A stretch of 64,000 nucleotides of DNA from Squalus acanthias (taxonomy: Eukaryota): assembly GCA_030390025.1 (NCBI GenBank), contig CM059432.1, positions 10,788,001 through 10,852,000 of the forward strand, written 5' to 3'. Shown in pieces: positions 25,256-38,044 of the stretch; positions within the stretch are counted from its first letter, which is position 1, and the number at the start of each line of letters is the position of its first letter. The notes below the pieces were generated by a model. That model was not told the DNA's origin and did no database searches. It worked only from the letters and a program-made list of their open reading frames with translations. Both the position numbers and the translations under genes were made by a program.

Positions 25256-25479
25256 CCCAGTAGAAGGCTTGTTGAATGTACTCAGTTTTTGCTACTACAT
25301 CCTGTACCAAGGAATGATAATGTCACATCAGTATACCTGCGGTTTTTCCACATGCCATTCTCCCGACCTCAACCATGCAGTCTGGAAAAAAGGTAGCAGG
25401 TGCTTTATCCATGAGGAAGGTGGGAGGAAAAAGTATTTCACCCAGCATTTTTAGGGGAAGCTATAAGACTACTTGACTC

Positions 25480-25685
25480 ATTGAAACATACAAGATTCTG
25501 AATGGGATTGACAGGATAGATACGGAGAGGCTGAGATCGATAGATTTTTGAACGCTAGAGGAATCAAGGGATATGGGGATTGGGCGAGAAAGTGGAGTTG
25601 AGGTCGAAGATCAGCCATGATCTTATTGAATGGCAGAGCAGGCTCGAGGGGCCGAATGGCCTACTCCTACTTCTTACATTCTCAT
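25480..25685 (+). mobile_element. CR1 3' fragment with an internal deletion
   Basis: Matches 44385-44440 joined to 44608-44760. Confidence 0.85.
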
Positions 25686-26715
25686 ACACTTTTTGTTTCT
25701 TTTATTTTTATTTCAAGTATTTTTATTCTCTAACCATTTAAAAAAAAAACAGGGTCCTGATGTTTGTTTCCAATAATCAACTTCAGTGGTTAAAAGGAAC
25801 CCCACCTATGGCTTTTCACTTAACTAGTGGATTAAGCCAACTGGTTCTGAAAAATATGCCAATTTAATTCACAGTTTCAACCCAGATAGGTCAAACTTTA
25901 CAAGTTCTTGCTCAAACAGGTCACAGTACCCAAAATGTGAAAGCCGTGAATATAAAATTATTAAAATAATGAACGACGTTGTGGCCGTAGTGTAGCTGCA
26001 GAAGCTATCTGCCATTTGATCTATCCATTTTTTCCCCCAATTCGACAAGAACTACAATAGTGAACCTCACTAAATGTATGTCAGCTGAAACAAAGATGTT
26101 AACAACACTGACACAATTTTCAGATGCAATTGCTTTTATGGTACTAAAATATGCCTAGAACATAGAAAATTCTTCATATATGGGACTACAACATCAGTCC
26201 TACACGAGAAGAAAAAACAGAATGAGAAACGGAACTATCAAATGTCCACAGTTCACATGCATACTAAAAGTTAATGAAAAGGAAAAGGAGGAGAGTGCAC
26301 ATCCAGTACATGAAAGCAAGTATTACCTGCAAATGTGCCTCCGGTCACATTCAGGAATTGAGGGGGGAAAAGCAACCTTTACTCTTCAATACAAAATTGT
26401 AACGACAGTACTGGATATCCTTAATGCATTACATATTGCTTATGGTTGTCAGTTATTACTCAAGTATAAATTATTGATACATTCCATTTTCAGCCCAAGG
26501 CTTACAACTTTCCCCCCCCCCCCCCCCCCGCCATGGGATTGAAAAAAAATAACTGGTCCAAGAACTGGAATTTTCTCTTTTGTAAAAAAAAAATGGAGCC
26601 ACGCAAAAAATGGTCTGAACTCCACGGGACACATCAATAATAAATAGTAAATTGTAATGGGCAATACCAGATTTCCACCACTAAAGAATGCTAATGCATT
26701 GACAGAGCTCACTAA

Positions 26716-26854
26716 CTGTGTTCCCGCTAAGCAGCGCGGATGCTCAGTCATCTGCAAGGTCCCGCACAGGCCGCTCACTGGCTTTTCCATTGTAGATACC
26801 GCGCATGCGCAAAAATTTGAATGGGTCGCGCATTGGTGGGGGGGAGGGACATTG
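26716..26854. mobile_element. hAT-type MITE (139 bp)
   Basis: Exact 8-bp TSD CTCACTAA (26708-26715 and 26855-26862); imperfect TIRs CTGTGTTCCC / GGGACATTG. Confidence 0.8.
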
Positions 26855-28359
26855 CTCACTAATCATATCTTGCGGCAATGTTAGAGTATTGCAAGAGTAC
26901 ATTGGAGAGCAGGTCTGCACAATTTACGTCGTCAGGTCCTGGACCAGTAAGTTTACAACAACCCCTCATTTTATAATGTGATGCGTCGTCTCCAATACAA
27001 AGATACAATATAATGAAATACTCCTCAGACTAAATTTTATTCAACTGGTCTTACTGGAATGTAAAACTGTAACAAATTTTAAATGTGATCTGTTGGCGTC
27101 AACAGATTGCCCCCTTCCCTACCCAATACATAAGCTTGTTCCACCGTTTCATCTTAGGATAGTCACATTAACCGTCACTAGCAGGAAACACTTCTCAACT
27201 CTTTAACCCACAGAAGCAACTTTGGATGTCTTGCCAGCATTTACACATCAGTATCTTTTACAATGTGGTCAGTATTTTGCTAAAAAAAGAAAATCTAAGT
27301 GGTCAGTGGTTGTTATTTCTAATTATAGATAGTATGTCTATGGAATCGAAATGCCGACTAAATAATTAAAAATAAGTTAGTTAAGTTTTCATACATAAAT
27401 TGAAAAACGTACTTCATACAACCATGAAAAATGAAAGCTCTGGCTGCAGAAAGTTAAGGGCAGCGCATTTCTTTTGGGAAACCTCTATGGGTTAAGGAGT
27501 TAACTAGTATTTTATACATACATAATGATCCAAAAAATAATCCACAAATACTTCAGTCACCGTTTGATTTTTTTTTTATATAAGAAATTAAAAATTGTAT
27601 TTCCAAAAGGCTTCCTATGCCTTTGCTAAGTGAACACCTGTACTCTGTGTGCACAGCCCTATAAACAAAAACAAAGGGAAAATACGTCATCTAAAAATAA
27701 CTAATATTGAATACTTTAAGCCTGAGTTGTTTTCCTTTTAATCTATAGAAATGCTTTAAGTGTACAGCAAATTCTGCCGATTGGAAAGAAGGAAAAAAAA
27801 AAGTTTAAGAAATTCAGAACAGCAGCAGGCCGAAGCAATAAAGCAAGAGGCCCAGTGGCAAGGCAGCTAATGGTTTTGCTTTCTGCTGCTCGCTGGTTTG
27901 ACATTTATGGGAATGAACACTCGAACCTTCCTGCCAAATTAAATGTGCTTTGTCAGATGCCCAGGCTGCTAGGTACAGGTGTCCCACCCATGCAGCAAAA
28001 AATAAAACGCCATCTCCCTCGTGGAAAACACCAGCAACAACAGGAGAAAGACTGCTTTTAATGGAAGCACAATTTTTAACTCAATGTTTATTGCAGCACA
28101 GGTCTGATAATGTATTTACAACAGGATTTTTTTTTTTTCTGTTTGGTGATTTTAATTATCCAATATAAGAACCTGAGAATCTGCGTTGCAAACTTTTGAG
28201 CGAAACCCAGTACCTCCACTCTAGGTGCGTCCTCCTCTGACCTGTCAATTCCTCAAAAAACATCTCCTTCTTGTGCCAGGGAGATAGGATTCCTCGGCAC
28301 CTTGCACCTCGGATGCAATGTGCCACTGAACACCATTAAATGCACAGGTACATAATTTA

Positions 28360-28555
28360 TCATTGGAAGTACATGGAGCAGCACACAACAGCTCCAACTG
28401 CAAGAGTAGCAACTGCAGCAATGTTAATGAGAACAGGTCTCCAATATAACCACCTTTTTCGTTTCATCTCAGTTTCACTTAGCTTCTGCTTCATTCGCTG
28501 TACCTTCTGCACTGTGTTGGCGATCCTATCCTCGCGATGTCGTTTTCGAAGGTTA
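28360..28555 (-). CDS. PTPN2: PTPN2 exon 9, TC48-type read-through with hydrophobic ER tail anchor
   Basis: ttttcag|T AAC CTT; phase matches exon 8. NLRKRHREDRIANTVQKVQRMKQKLSETEMKRKRWLYWRPVLINIAAVATLAVGAVVCCSMYFQ*. The basic clusters and KRKRWLYW diagnose PTPN2 rather than PTPN1. Confidence 0.95.
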
Positions 28556-28713
28556 CTGAAAAGACAAACAGGAAAATGATGCATCGAAAGCCAAGGATAA
28601 ACGACCAAGCTCAACTGGAACGGTTCAACAAAAAAATAAAAAATCCATTTAGTGTAGTTCTCTTGCATACAGCACAAAGGGGCAGCATCTGGTTCTGTGG
28701 GACATTGACTCGC

Positions 28714-29210
28714 ACAACAACAACAACACCTTGTATTTATCCAGTGCCTTTAACGTAGTAAAACGTTCCAAGGCGCTGTACAGGAGTACTTTAAGACCAA
28801 AAAAATTTGACACCGATCCAATAAGGATAAATTAGGGCAGGTGACCAAAAGCTTGGTCAAAGAGGTAGGTTTTAAGGAGCGTCTTAAAGGAGGAAAGAGA
28901 GGTAGCGAGGCAGACAGGCTTAGGCAGGGAATTCCAGAGCTGAGGGCCGAGGCAACAGAAGGCACGGCCACCAATGGTTGAGCTATTATAATCAGGGATG
29001 CTCAAGAGGGAAGAATTAGAGGAGCGCAGATATCTCGGGGGGTTGTGGGGCTGAAGGAGATTACAGAGATAGGGAGGGGCGAGGCCATGGAGGGATTTGA
29101 AAACAAGGATGAGAATTTTGAAATTGAGGCGCTGCTTAACCGGGAGCCATTGTAGGTCAGCGAGCACAGGGGTGATGGGCGAACGGGACTTGGTGCGAGT
29201 TAGGACATGG
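28714..29210 (-). mobile_element. L2 LINE 3' fragment
   Basis: ORF 28832-29167 (LQWLPVKQRLNFKIL...LWNSLP...FKTLLKTYLF); (CAA)n tail on +. Confidence 0.92.
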
Positions 29211-30699
29211 GCACACCTACGACGGAGACCCTGACCTCAGCCACATCAAGTACAGCAGCACTGAGCAGACAACATTACCTCCCTGCATTGGCAGCAGGGT
29301 GGACTCCAAAGAGTAAATCATCAAGAGACCAATCTTACACTAGTCACCTGCTCAGAGCAGTATCTGTAGAGGCTTGGGAACAAGTCACCCTCAGATATTG
29401 CAAAGTGTGAAAGGAAGGGAAAGAAAATTGAAGAGGTGCCAAAAAGAAAAAAAAAACAGTTCCATTACACAAAAGTTGAGTTTGGTTTTAGTAAAAACAG
29501 AACGCAACAATTATTTTTGATGTTTTTGTCTGCACATCTCCTATGATGCAAATAATTCCATTAGAAGCACACTATCAGATATGAAAATTGTTTTTTTTTT
29601 TTAAAAAGTCACTCATCAGGCCCTCTTCATGTCATGAAATTAAAGAAATCTCTCGTGTAAGTTCAAGATTACCTGCCATAATTGTCGATCTTTGAACGAA
29701 GTTCTACCTCCACATACAAACAGCAATTACCATTAATTCTGTTGGTTTTAGGGGAGAGGTTAAAATTCACTTAGGAACGTGACCGCTCAAAATAACTCAG
29801 GAAACCGTATAGACATCTTTGTCAAGTGATCTTCCCCTACTCTAACATACAAGAGTTTTCATTTTAAACCATGACATGAGCTCCTTGACCAGAAAAGATG
29901 ACATTGAGATTCAATACATAACGGTGACAACACACAAAAAGATAAGTAGCTTAAATAAATGCCAGGTCAGAAAGAGAATCAAAGGGTAGGCTAGGAGATA
30001 GCTCTGTATGCAGATGTTGGACTTCTTTCAGAGTGAGAAAGACCCTAAGTAATCAAACGTTCTGCTTCATTCACCTTCCACATATGAACCTAATATATTC
30101 CAGAGGCTGGAGGCATAAACAAAGAGAATTTACATATTCAGACCAGCCTTGGTGCATTGCAGCCCTTTTTAAGACAATAATTTTTACTAAAAGCTGACAT
30201 CTGCTTTCGGTCATTCCCTGCTCTACATATTGGCCCATAATATAGTCAACCCTAACCTTGTACCTTGCCAGTGAATAATACAAGGAAACACTACATTAAC
30301 AACTTGTTAACCTCTGTTCACTGGATAACAATCAAGAATGACAACTTTGGCTGATATTTTCCGTCCCACGCCCAGGTGCTTTAAAGCCAATTATAGCGCT
30401 CGAACTGTTGTCCTGGCTAAGATCAACAAACTCAGCACAGGCCAAGAGTCAAATTTCAGACCTTCTACTGCACCACTGGTTTTACCCACGAGGCCACTTG
30501 GGGTTATATTTCAGGTTAACAGAGGGACCACAAAGTGGCAGAAAAAGCATCACCAGCATGATTTTCTGAGGCAAAGGGAACTAGGAGAAGGTGTAAAGGT
30601 GAAAAGACTACTCTGCCCATGCGCTAAACAAGTTTGGATTCATCACTAAAAATATGCAGCTTCAAAATAAGGCATAGTGCAGCAACAGCTATACAAGGA

Positions 30700-31456
30700 C
30701 ATAAGAACATAAGAAGTAGGAGCAGGAGTAGGCCATACGGCCCTTCGAGCCTGCTCTGCCATTCAATAAGATCATGGCTGATCTTCGACCTCAACACCAC
30801 TTTCCCGCCCGATTTCCATATCCCTCGATTCCCCTAAAGTCCAAAAATCTATCTCAGCCTTGAATATGCTCAACGACTCAGCATTCACAGCCCTTCGGGG
30901 TAGAGAATTCCAAAGAGTCACAACCCACTTAGTGAAGAAATTCCTCCTCATCTCAGTCTTAAATGGCCGACCCCTTATCCTGAGACTTTGCCCCCTACTT
31001 CTAGACTCTTCAGCCAGGGTCAGTATCTACCCTGTCACGCCCCCTCAGAATCTTATGTGTTTCAATGAGATCACCTCTCATTCTTCTAAATTCCAGAGAG
31101 TATAGGCCCAGTCTACTCAATCTCTCCTCATAGGACAACCCTCTCATCCCAGGGATCAATCTAGTGAACCATCGTTGCACCGCCTTGAAGGCATGTAGGT
31201 CCTTTCTTAGATATGATGATGTGGAGATGCCGGCGTTGGACTGGGGTGGACAAAAATGAGAAGTCGCACAACACCAGGTTATAGTCCAACAGATTTATTT
31301 AATTTTACAAGCTTTCGAGGAGACCAAAACTGTGCACAGTACACCAGGTGTAGTCTCACCAAAGCCCTGTACAATTGTAGTAAGTCTTCTTTACTCTTGT
31401 ACTCCAACTACCTTGCAATAAAGGCTAACATGCCATTTGCCTTCCTAATTGCTTAT
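30700..31456 (-). mobile_element. CR1 3' fragment carrying a Penelope-like insert at 31216-31319
   Basis: CR1 tail and RT; the host sequence cttagatatg|gagaccaaaac is split by a 104-bp foreign segment. Confidence 0.85.
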
Positions 31457-32789
31457 TTTGACACACGGTCCCAAGACCATACAAACCTGTAGATTAAAAA
31501 AAGTTCTGATCCCAATTTGTTGAGAATAATGCTTCAGTACCAAATGTTGCATTTTAAAAGTGTCTTTCATCAGGCATCAATAACAGCAACATTGATTTTC
31601 AGTGAGCTTGAAGATGGTGCTTATTCCGACTAGCATTTATAGATACAAACTAATTGCTGATAAATCACATGAACAGCCTGTGCTGGTAGTCTTAGCATCT
31701 GTGGTGCAACCTTTTCCATTAAGCCTTCATGGTGCAGTCAACAGTATGGTCACTTTAGCCAGACTCCCTCCTCAGTCATACCATCAGGTGGAAGGGTGCC
31801 AGATGTCATTCCATCCAAATTAGAAGATCATGACAAACTGACTGACACCAAGAGCTAAGACGTCAGACAGCCATGTCTTAGACAACCAGCAAGGATAGCA
31901 ATTGTCTTTCCCATCTGATGTTGGGAAGGATCTGCACCGAGGGGAAAAACGTGACAAACAAAGAGGAACACTTCCTTCCAGGAGATCAAAAGCCATCAAA
32001 GGCCACTGCTGTCAGGTTTTGAAACTTGCAGTCTCTTATTATGGAAGGTTATATTTCCAGCTATCCTCACCCGTCAAAGATACAGCAAGTTGCTTTTATA
32101 CAGACTATTTGTTTAGGAGGCATCCTGAAATGTAGGATACCAAGTGGATTTGACACGGTTAATTTGGAGGACGACTTAAAGTTAAAATATGACTGTGGAA
32201 TAAGTGAATGCAAGTACAAACTAGTAAAAGTCAAGTTCTAGACTGAGATCAGGAAGCATTTCTGCACACAGGCAGTGTTGATACTTGGAACAGTCTTACA
32301 GGTAGGGGAGTGGAGGTAAAAGCTCTTCAATCATTCAAGAGGCAATCAGATGTTGCGATGGTAGGACCATAGATCTCTATGAAACAATGAGCTCGGTGGA
32401 CCTGATGGCCACCCTCATCTGTACTTATATTTGTGAGATCGGCATGTCTACAAAGAATGAGCAGGACCAAATGTCTCGTTATGTAGTGCTGTCAATGCAT
32501 ATGTTCGCTAAATTGTTCTGGACATATCTTCCATAATTTCCAAACCCAGCTCCCTCTGGCATACAACATGCAAGCAAGGGAAATATCGGATAGTAACGCA
32601 AGGAGAAGAGGGATTGCATCACAGTCTATCAAGCATGTTGATCTTTTGAGACCACCGTCTTAACGCATTGAATGCTACATCAGTGGCTATTAATTATATG
32701 TTGTATAGATTATGATTGTTTATTTCTTTATAGCCCTCGTTACAAATTTAGCATTTTCTATGCCGCCTGGCAATTTAATAAGGACGAAC

Positions 32790-33205
32790 AAACTTACATT
32801 TATATAGCACTTTTCACATCCTTGTATGACATTTGAAAGCACTTTGCAACCAATTAATAACTTAAAAGTCAGTCAAAGTTGTTTTATAGGCAAACACAGC
32901 AGCCAATTTTTACACAGCAAGATGATGAATTGCCAGGTAATCTGTTTTTGGTGTGTGTTGGCTGAGTGAGAAATGTTGTCCAGGACACAGGAGTATGCCC
33001 TGCTCTTCTTAAAAAAGTACCACAGGGTCTCTTATATGCACCTGAACAAGATTGGCCCTTGGTTTAATGCCGCATCTGAAAGACAGTGCCTGACAATACA
33101 GTGTTATACTACTGCATAGAATGTTAGCCTAGATTATATGCTTAAATCCCAGAATGGGGTTTGAACGCACAATCTTCTAACTCAGAACAAGAGTGCTACC
33201 AACAG
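32790..33205 (-). mobile_element. Degenerate Deu-domain SINE
   Basis: Diverged reverse complement of 33855-34295. Confidence 0.7.
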
Positions 33206-33854
33206 ACCCGTGTTGTTAACTTACACAGAAGATATATAGAATCAATCTATAGGACGACTGAGGAACAACACTGAATCAAAATTTTATAATGATAAAAAAT
33301 AAAATTTTAAAACACTATTGAAGCTGCCCAGTGGCTTCCCCCCTTCCCTTTCCTCCCCCCAAATCTCATCAGCACCATGTCTAAATTTAGGATCAAAGGG
33401 CATCTAGTAAGTTATCCAGCAAGTCTAACAGTAACATACTAAAGTTCCAGTGTTACAGTACTGTTATTCTTATTGAATTGTCCTCCAAAATAGGTGGATT
33501 TATTATGAAAAAAATATTGATCAAGCTACCAGATAAAGCACTTTGTAGTAAATGAGGACCCCATCTCCTGAGGGATGGTCAGGGGAAACAAAAACATTCC
33601 TTTTGGCTAACCAATCACATGGATACCACAACATCAATTCTCCATTCTCCCAGCTGAAGGGGAAAAAATGGCATTGGATGGCAGACGTGGATTTGTTTTC
33701 CAAATATAAATAGCATAATGCATTACAGTGCTACATTACAAACAGGGGACCAAGTTTCAAATCATAACCTCAGGCATTTGCATTAAATCTGCTGCAATTA
33801 AGTTGCCAATCTTATCTGGGCCATTTGGGAAGCATCAAGGCAAGGAAACTTACT

Positions 33855-34295
33855 CAGCTGTGGCTCAGTGGGCAGCACACTCGCCTCTGAGTCAGAAAGT
33901 TGTGGGTTCAAGTCCCACTCCAGGGACTTGAGCACATAAGGCTAGGCTGACACTCCAATGCAGTGCTGAGGTAGCGCTGCACTGTCGGAGGTGCCGTCTT
34001 TCGGATGAGACGTTAAACCGAGGCCCCGTCTGCTCTCAGGTGGACGTTAAAGATCCACGGCCACTATTTCGAAGAAAGTAGGGGAGTTATCCCCGGTGTC
34101 CTGGCCAATATTTATTCCTCAATCCACATAACAAATACAGATTATCTGGTCACTATCACATTGCTGTTTGTGGGAGCTTGCTGTGCGCAAATTGGCTGCT
34201 TAGTTTCCCACATTGCAACAGTGACTACACTCCAAAAGTACCTCATTGGTTGTAAAGCGCTTTGAGACCTCCGGTGGTCATGAAAGGTGCTTTCT
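33855..34295 (+). mobile_element. SacSINE1-like DeuSINE (tRNA head, Deu domain, L2-like tail)
   Basis: A box tggctcagtgg and B box ggttcaagtcc; core gtcggaggtgccgtctttcggatgagacgttaaaccgaggccccgtctg as in AmnSINE1/SacSINE1. Confidence 0.85.
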
Positions 34296-34369
34296 TTCTT
34301 TCTAATAACAGAGAGCATAAAAATAATAGCAGAAATATCACCACAGGCAACACTGGCATGGACCACCGA

Positions 34370-34665
34370 GATGGGGGATTCTAGGACTAGGGGGCATAGT
34401 CTAAAAATGAGAGCCAGAGCTTTCAGGAGTGAAATTAGGAAACATTTCTACACACAAAGGGTGGTCGAAGTTTGGAACTCTCTACCGCAAACGGCAATTG
34501 ATTGTTAATCTTAAATCGGAAATGGATAGCTTCTTGTTAACCAAGGGTATTAAGGGATATGGGCCAAAGGCCAAAGTTAGGTCGCAGATCAGTCATGATC
34601 TCATTGAATGACGGAACAGGCTCGAGGGGCTGAATGGCCTACTCCTGCTCCGATGTTCCTATGAG
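34370..34665 (+). mobile_element. CR1 3' fragment
   Basis: SRTRGHSLK...FYTQRVVEVWNSLP and the CR1 3' UTR. Confidence 0.88.
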
Positions 34666-34763
34666 ATGACCCCTGCTGTGTGCCCGAAGGAGTCCAAAGT
34701 ATATACTAGATGGAAGAAAAAAAAACCAGGGTAACTGATTTCGTTTTTTAAACATAATCTTAC

Positions 34764-34981
34764 TTTTCATACTTTGTTTTGTTGTCTGTGTTTTCTTGTA
34801 CTTTGCCAAAAGTTTCTTCCATGGATATGTTATTTTCTGCACCTGCGGTTTCCTCCGCTGGTAAATGAGGAGCCCTATTCTCATTATGCCGTGGAAGGGT
34901 GCGTTTTGGAGGTTGGGGAGGTGGAGATGCACGGTCTGTTACAGGATCCTGGTCTTCGTTAGAAAGCTCTTTCCACCTTTT
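34764..34981 (-). CDS. PTPN2: PTPN2 exon 8 (helix a7 and linker)
   Basis: cacag|AAA AGG TGG...GAA AA|gtaag, 218 nt, ends in phase 2; KRWKELSNEDQDPVTDRASPPPQPPKRTLPRHNE...TKYE. Confidence 0.92.
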
Positions 34982-35229
34982 CTGTGAACGTACAGAAAAA
35001 CAAGTAAAACCTTTTTCAGTTCCCCGAGGATTACAGCACAACGCAAAAACCATGCTCAGCCTTATCACAGCAACAATATCAATTTTTTTTAAAAAAACAT
35101 AAGCTTACAAAAGGACTAGGAAAAAGCACCAAGTGTTTTTTGAATGAACAGTCTTGCCAATCTTCTCACCCATTTTCACAAACTTAATTATCCAATAGGT
35201 CACAAATTCACAATGTAGGTTTAGATGAA

Positions 35230-35820
35230 ACTTTTCGGAACACCTCAGTTCAGTCTGCAAGCACGACTTCGAGCTTCCGGTCGCCTGTCACTTTAATTCT
35301 CCGCTCCGTTCCACTCCACTCCCACTCTGACCTCTCTGTCAGCCTCCTACACTGTTCCAATGAAGCTCAACGTAAGCTCGAGGAACAGCACCTAATCTTT
35401 TGATTAGGCACTTGACAGCCTTCCGGACTCAACATTGAGTTCAACAATTTCAGATCATAACCTCTGCTGCCACTTTTTCCAGATGGCAGCTGTTGATGAT
35501 TCTGCTTTTCCCATTTATAGCTCCTCTAGACCCATCTTTTGTTTCTTTACTTGTCCCATTACCACTCCCTTTTGCCTTGCACCATCATCCCTTTTGTCAT
35601 TCAATCTCTCCTGCCTTCCACCCCATCACAGACCTTCCCTTTTGTTCTTTCCTCCCCTCCCGCCTTTCCCTGCCTCTGCACTTGCTTAAAACCTGTTACA
35701 TCACTAACTTTTTCCAGTTCTGATGAAAGGTCATCAACCTGAAATATTAACTCTGTTTCTCTCTCCACAGATGCTGCCTGACCTGCTGAGTATTTCCAGC
35801 ACTTTGTTTTTATTTTAGAT
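35230..35820 (+). mobile_element. Penelope-like element 3' end (GIY-YIG C-terminus and pLTR)
   Basis: EHLSSVCKHDFELPVACHFNS...NEAQRKLEEQHLIF*LGT*QPSGLNIEFNNFRS*, then a pyrimidine-rich UTR with a hammerhead motif. Confidence 0.85.
35716..35752 (+). ncRNA. Minimal type I hammerhead ribozyme motif (Penelope-associated)
   Basis: AGTT-CTGATGA-A-AGGT(CATCA)ACCT-GAAA-TATT-AACT: catalytic boxes, 4-bp stem II, palindromic AATATT stem III, short stem I. Confidence 0.65.
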
Positions 35821-37065
35821 GAAGCTGGTTCTTTGGCTCATTGGTTGGATCCTTTCTCAATAACAGCCCTATTCGCTGTTACAGTATTAGCTTCTCAAAT
35901 GACAATGTTTCTACTATGTTATTTATCCAAAGATCTCATTTACCTGACCCACCCAAAGAAATAACATTTGGTAACAAAGCATCATATATTTCTTTGCATA
36001 CAATAAGCATGAATCAAATGAACTAAATATTTTTTATGTTAAATCTTATAAATTGCTAACCCATGGAAACTTGAAATGTAGCACTCTAAAGTTAGGAAGA
36101 AAATTCTCAAAGATATGTTTTGGGTCACAAAACATTAAAACTAGTCTTCTGATTGGTCAGAAACAGTTTCTACAAACTGTCCTATATGTTTTGGTTTTAC
36201 AATGCTGCATGAAATAGATCCTGGAATTTAAGAGGCTCATGTTGGATAATGACCATTCATGCGAAGAAACAGTGTCATTGGCAACAAAGATAAAGTTCAA
36301 AGACAACAAAAACAAAGTTTTACGGCTTATTTTTAAAGTTTACTTTATAAATAATCCAAAAGCAAGCTGTTTTAAGTTGTATGTAAGCTTTATCTAGTAA
36401 GCCACTTTCTATTATCTGCAAACCTGAGAGAGAGAAATTATGGCAAATCTTCCTAAAATAGGTTAAATATGTGAGGTAAAATCCACAGTAAGGTAGATGC
36501 ATACGGTCTGTGGAAGGAGTGGGTTTGATGAGAATGGGCTTTTCTCATTTCATGCTTTCTTATATTTTTACCAGAGCTAGTTCCCAGGCAGCCAAGAGGG
36601 GTAAGTTCACTTGCCTATAAGTGATATCTCTCCCTTGTACAAGCAGGGAGCAACAGAGTCCTATATGGATGATCAGTTTTGCCGCCAATTTTGTCATGCA
36701 CGGTAATGCCATTCTGTAGCATCACACTTCCTTCTCAGGCCCTACATTGGTCAGCAGTCCTGTTTCACCCCCCATTACTGTATGCACACACACATATCAA
36801 TCATTTCTTCAAAATGTTTTCAACCACCTGCATACTCTGTCATAAGAATCACAGAGTGGGAAGGCAGCAAATAAATACAGGAGTTTTTTTTAAAAAAGGC
36901 TGTAAATGAGAGGTACAAATAAAGATTTTATTTTAAAAAAAAGTTGAGAAAGAAAAAAGCATAAGCTGGACCAAATAAACTGGAAATAAAGGAACACCAC
37001 AGAGCTGTCACTGCAGGGATAGCTGGTTCTTCAGTGATGAAAAATTGACTAGAATGAGTGACAAC

Positions 37066-37202
37066 CAATGTTCCCCGTAATTTTTTTTGGGTGCGTGGTC
37101 CCTTTTAAGGGGCTGCGCGGCCCATTCACAGATTCACGCATGCGGGAACTTCAACATTGCAAAAGCCGGTCACTGGGTGCGCGGGACCGGCAGAGAACGT
37201 TG
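37066..37202. mobile_element. hAT-type MITE (137 bp)
   Basis: TIRs CAATGTTCCC / GAGAACGTTG; 8-bp TSD GTGACAAC / GTGGCAAC (one mismatch). Confidence 0.78.
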
Positions 37203-37232
37203 GTGGCAACCATATAAATAATTGCTCTGCAT

Positions 37233-37915
37233 TACAACAACAACAACTTGTATTTATATAGCGCCTTTAACGTAGTAAAATGTCCCAAGGCGCTGCACAG
37301 GAGTATTTTAAGGCAAAAAATTTGACACCGATCCACATAAGGATAAATTAGGGCAGGTGACCAAAAGCTTGGTCAAAGAGGTAGGTTTTAAGGAGCGTCT
37401 TAAAGGAGGAAAGAGAGGTAGCGAGGCGGACAGGTTTAGGCAGGGAATTCTAGAGCTTAGGGCCTAGGCAGCAGAAGGCACGGCCACCAATGGTTGAGCG
37501 ATTATAATCAGGGCCGAATTAGAGGCGCGCAGATATCTCGGGGGGGTTGTGGGGCTGAAGGAGATTACAGAGATAGGAAGGGGCGAGGCCATGGAGGGAT
37601 TTGAAAACAAGGATGAGAATTTTGAAATCGAGGCGCTGCTTAACCGGGAGCCAATGTAGGTCAGCGAGCACAGGGGTGATGGGCGAACGGGACTTGGCAC
37701 GAGTTAGGACACGGGCAGCCGAGTTTTGGATGACCTCAAGTTTACATAGGGTAGAATGTGGAAGGCCAGCCAGGAGTGCGTTGGAATAGTCAAGTCTAGA
37801 GGTAACAAAGGCATGGATGAGGGTTTCAGCAGCAGATGAGCTGAGGCAAGGGCAGAGACGGGCGATGTTAGAGGTGGAAGTAGGCGGTCTTTGTTATGCT
37901 GCGGATATGTGGTCG
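37233..37915 (-). mobile_element. L2 LINE 3' fragment
   Basis: Near-identical to 28714-29210 and extends further 5'. Confidence 0.92.
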
Positions 37916-38044
37916 GAAGAAAGTTTTTTTGGTGCAGATGTCAAATATGCATGCATGGATGAAACATTTAGATTGATGTTAAAGGACAAATGTATTGTAC
38001 GTTTACTGTTGGCACTAAACACAATTATAACCCTTCATACGATA

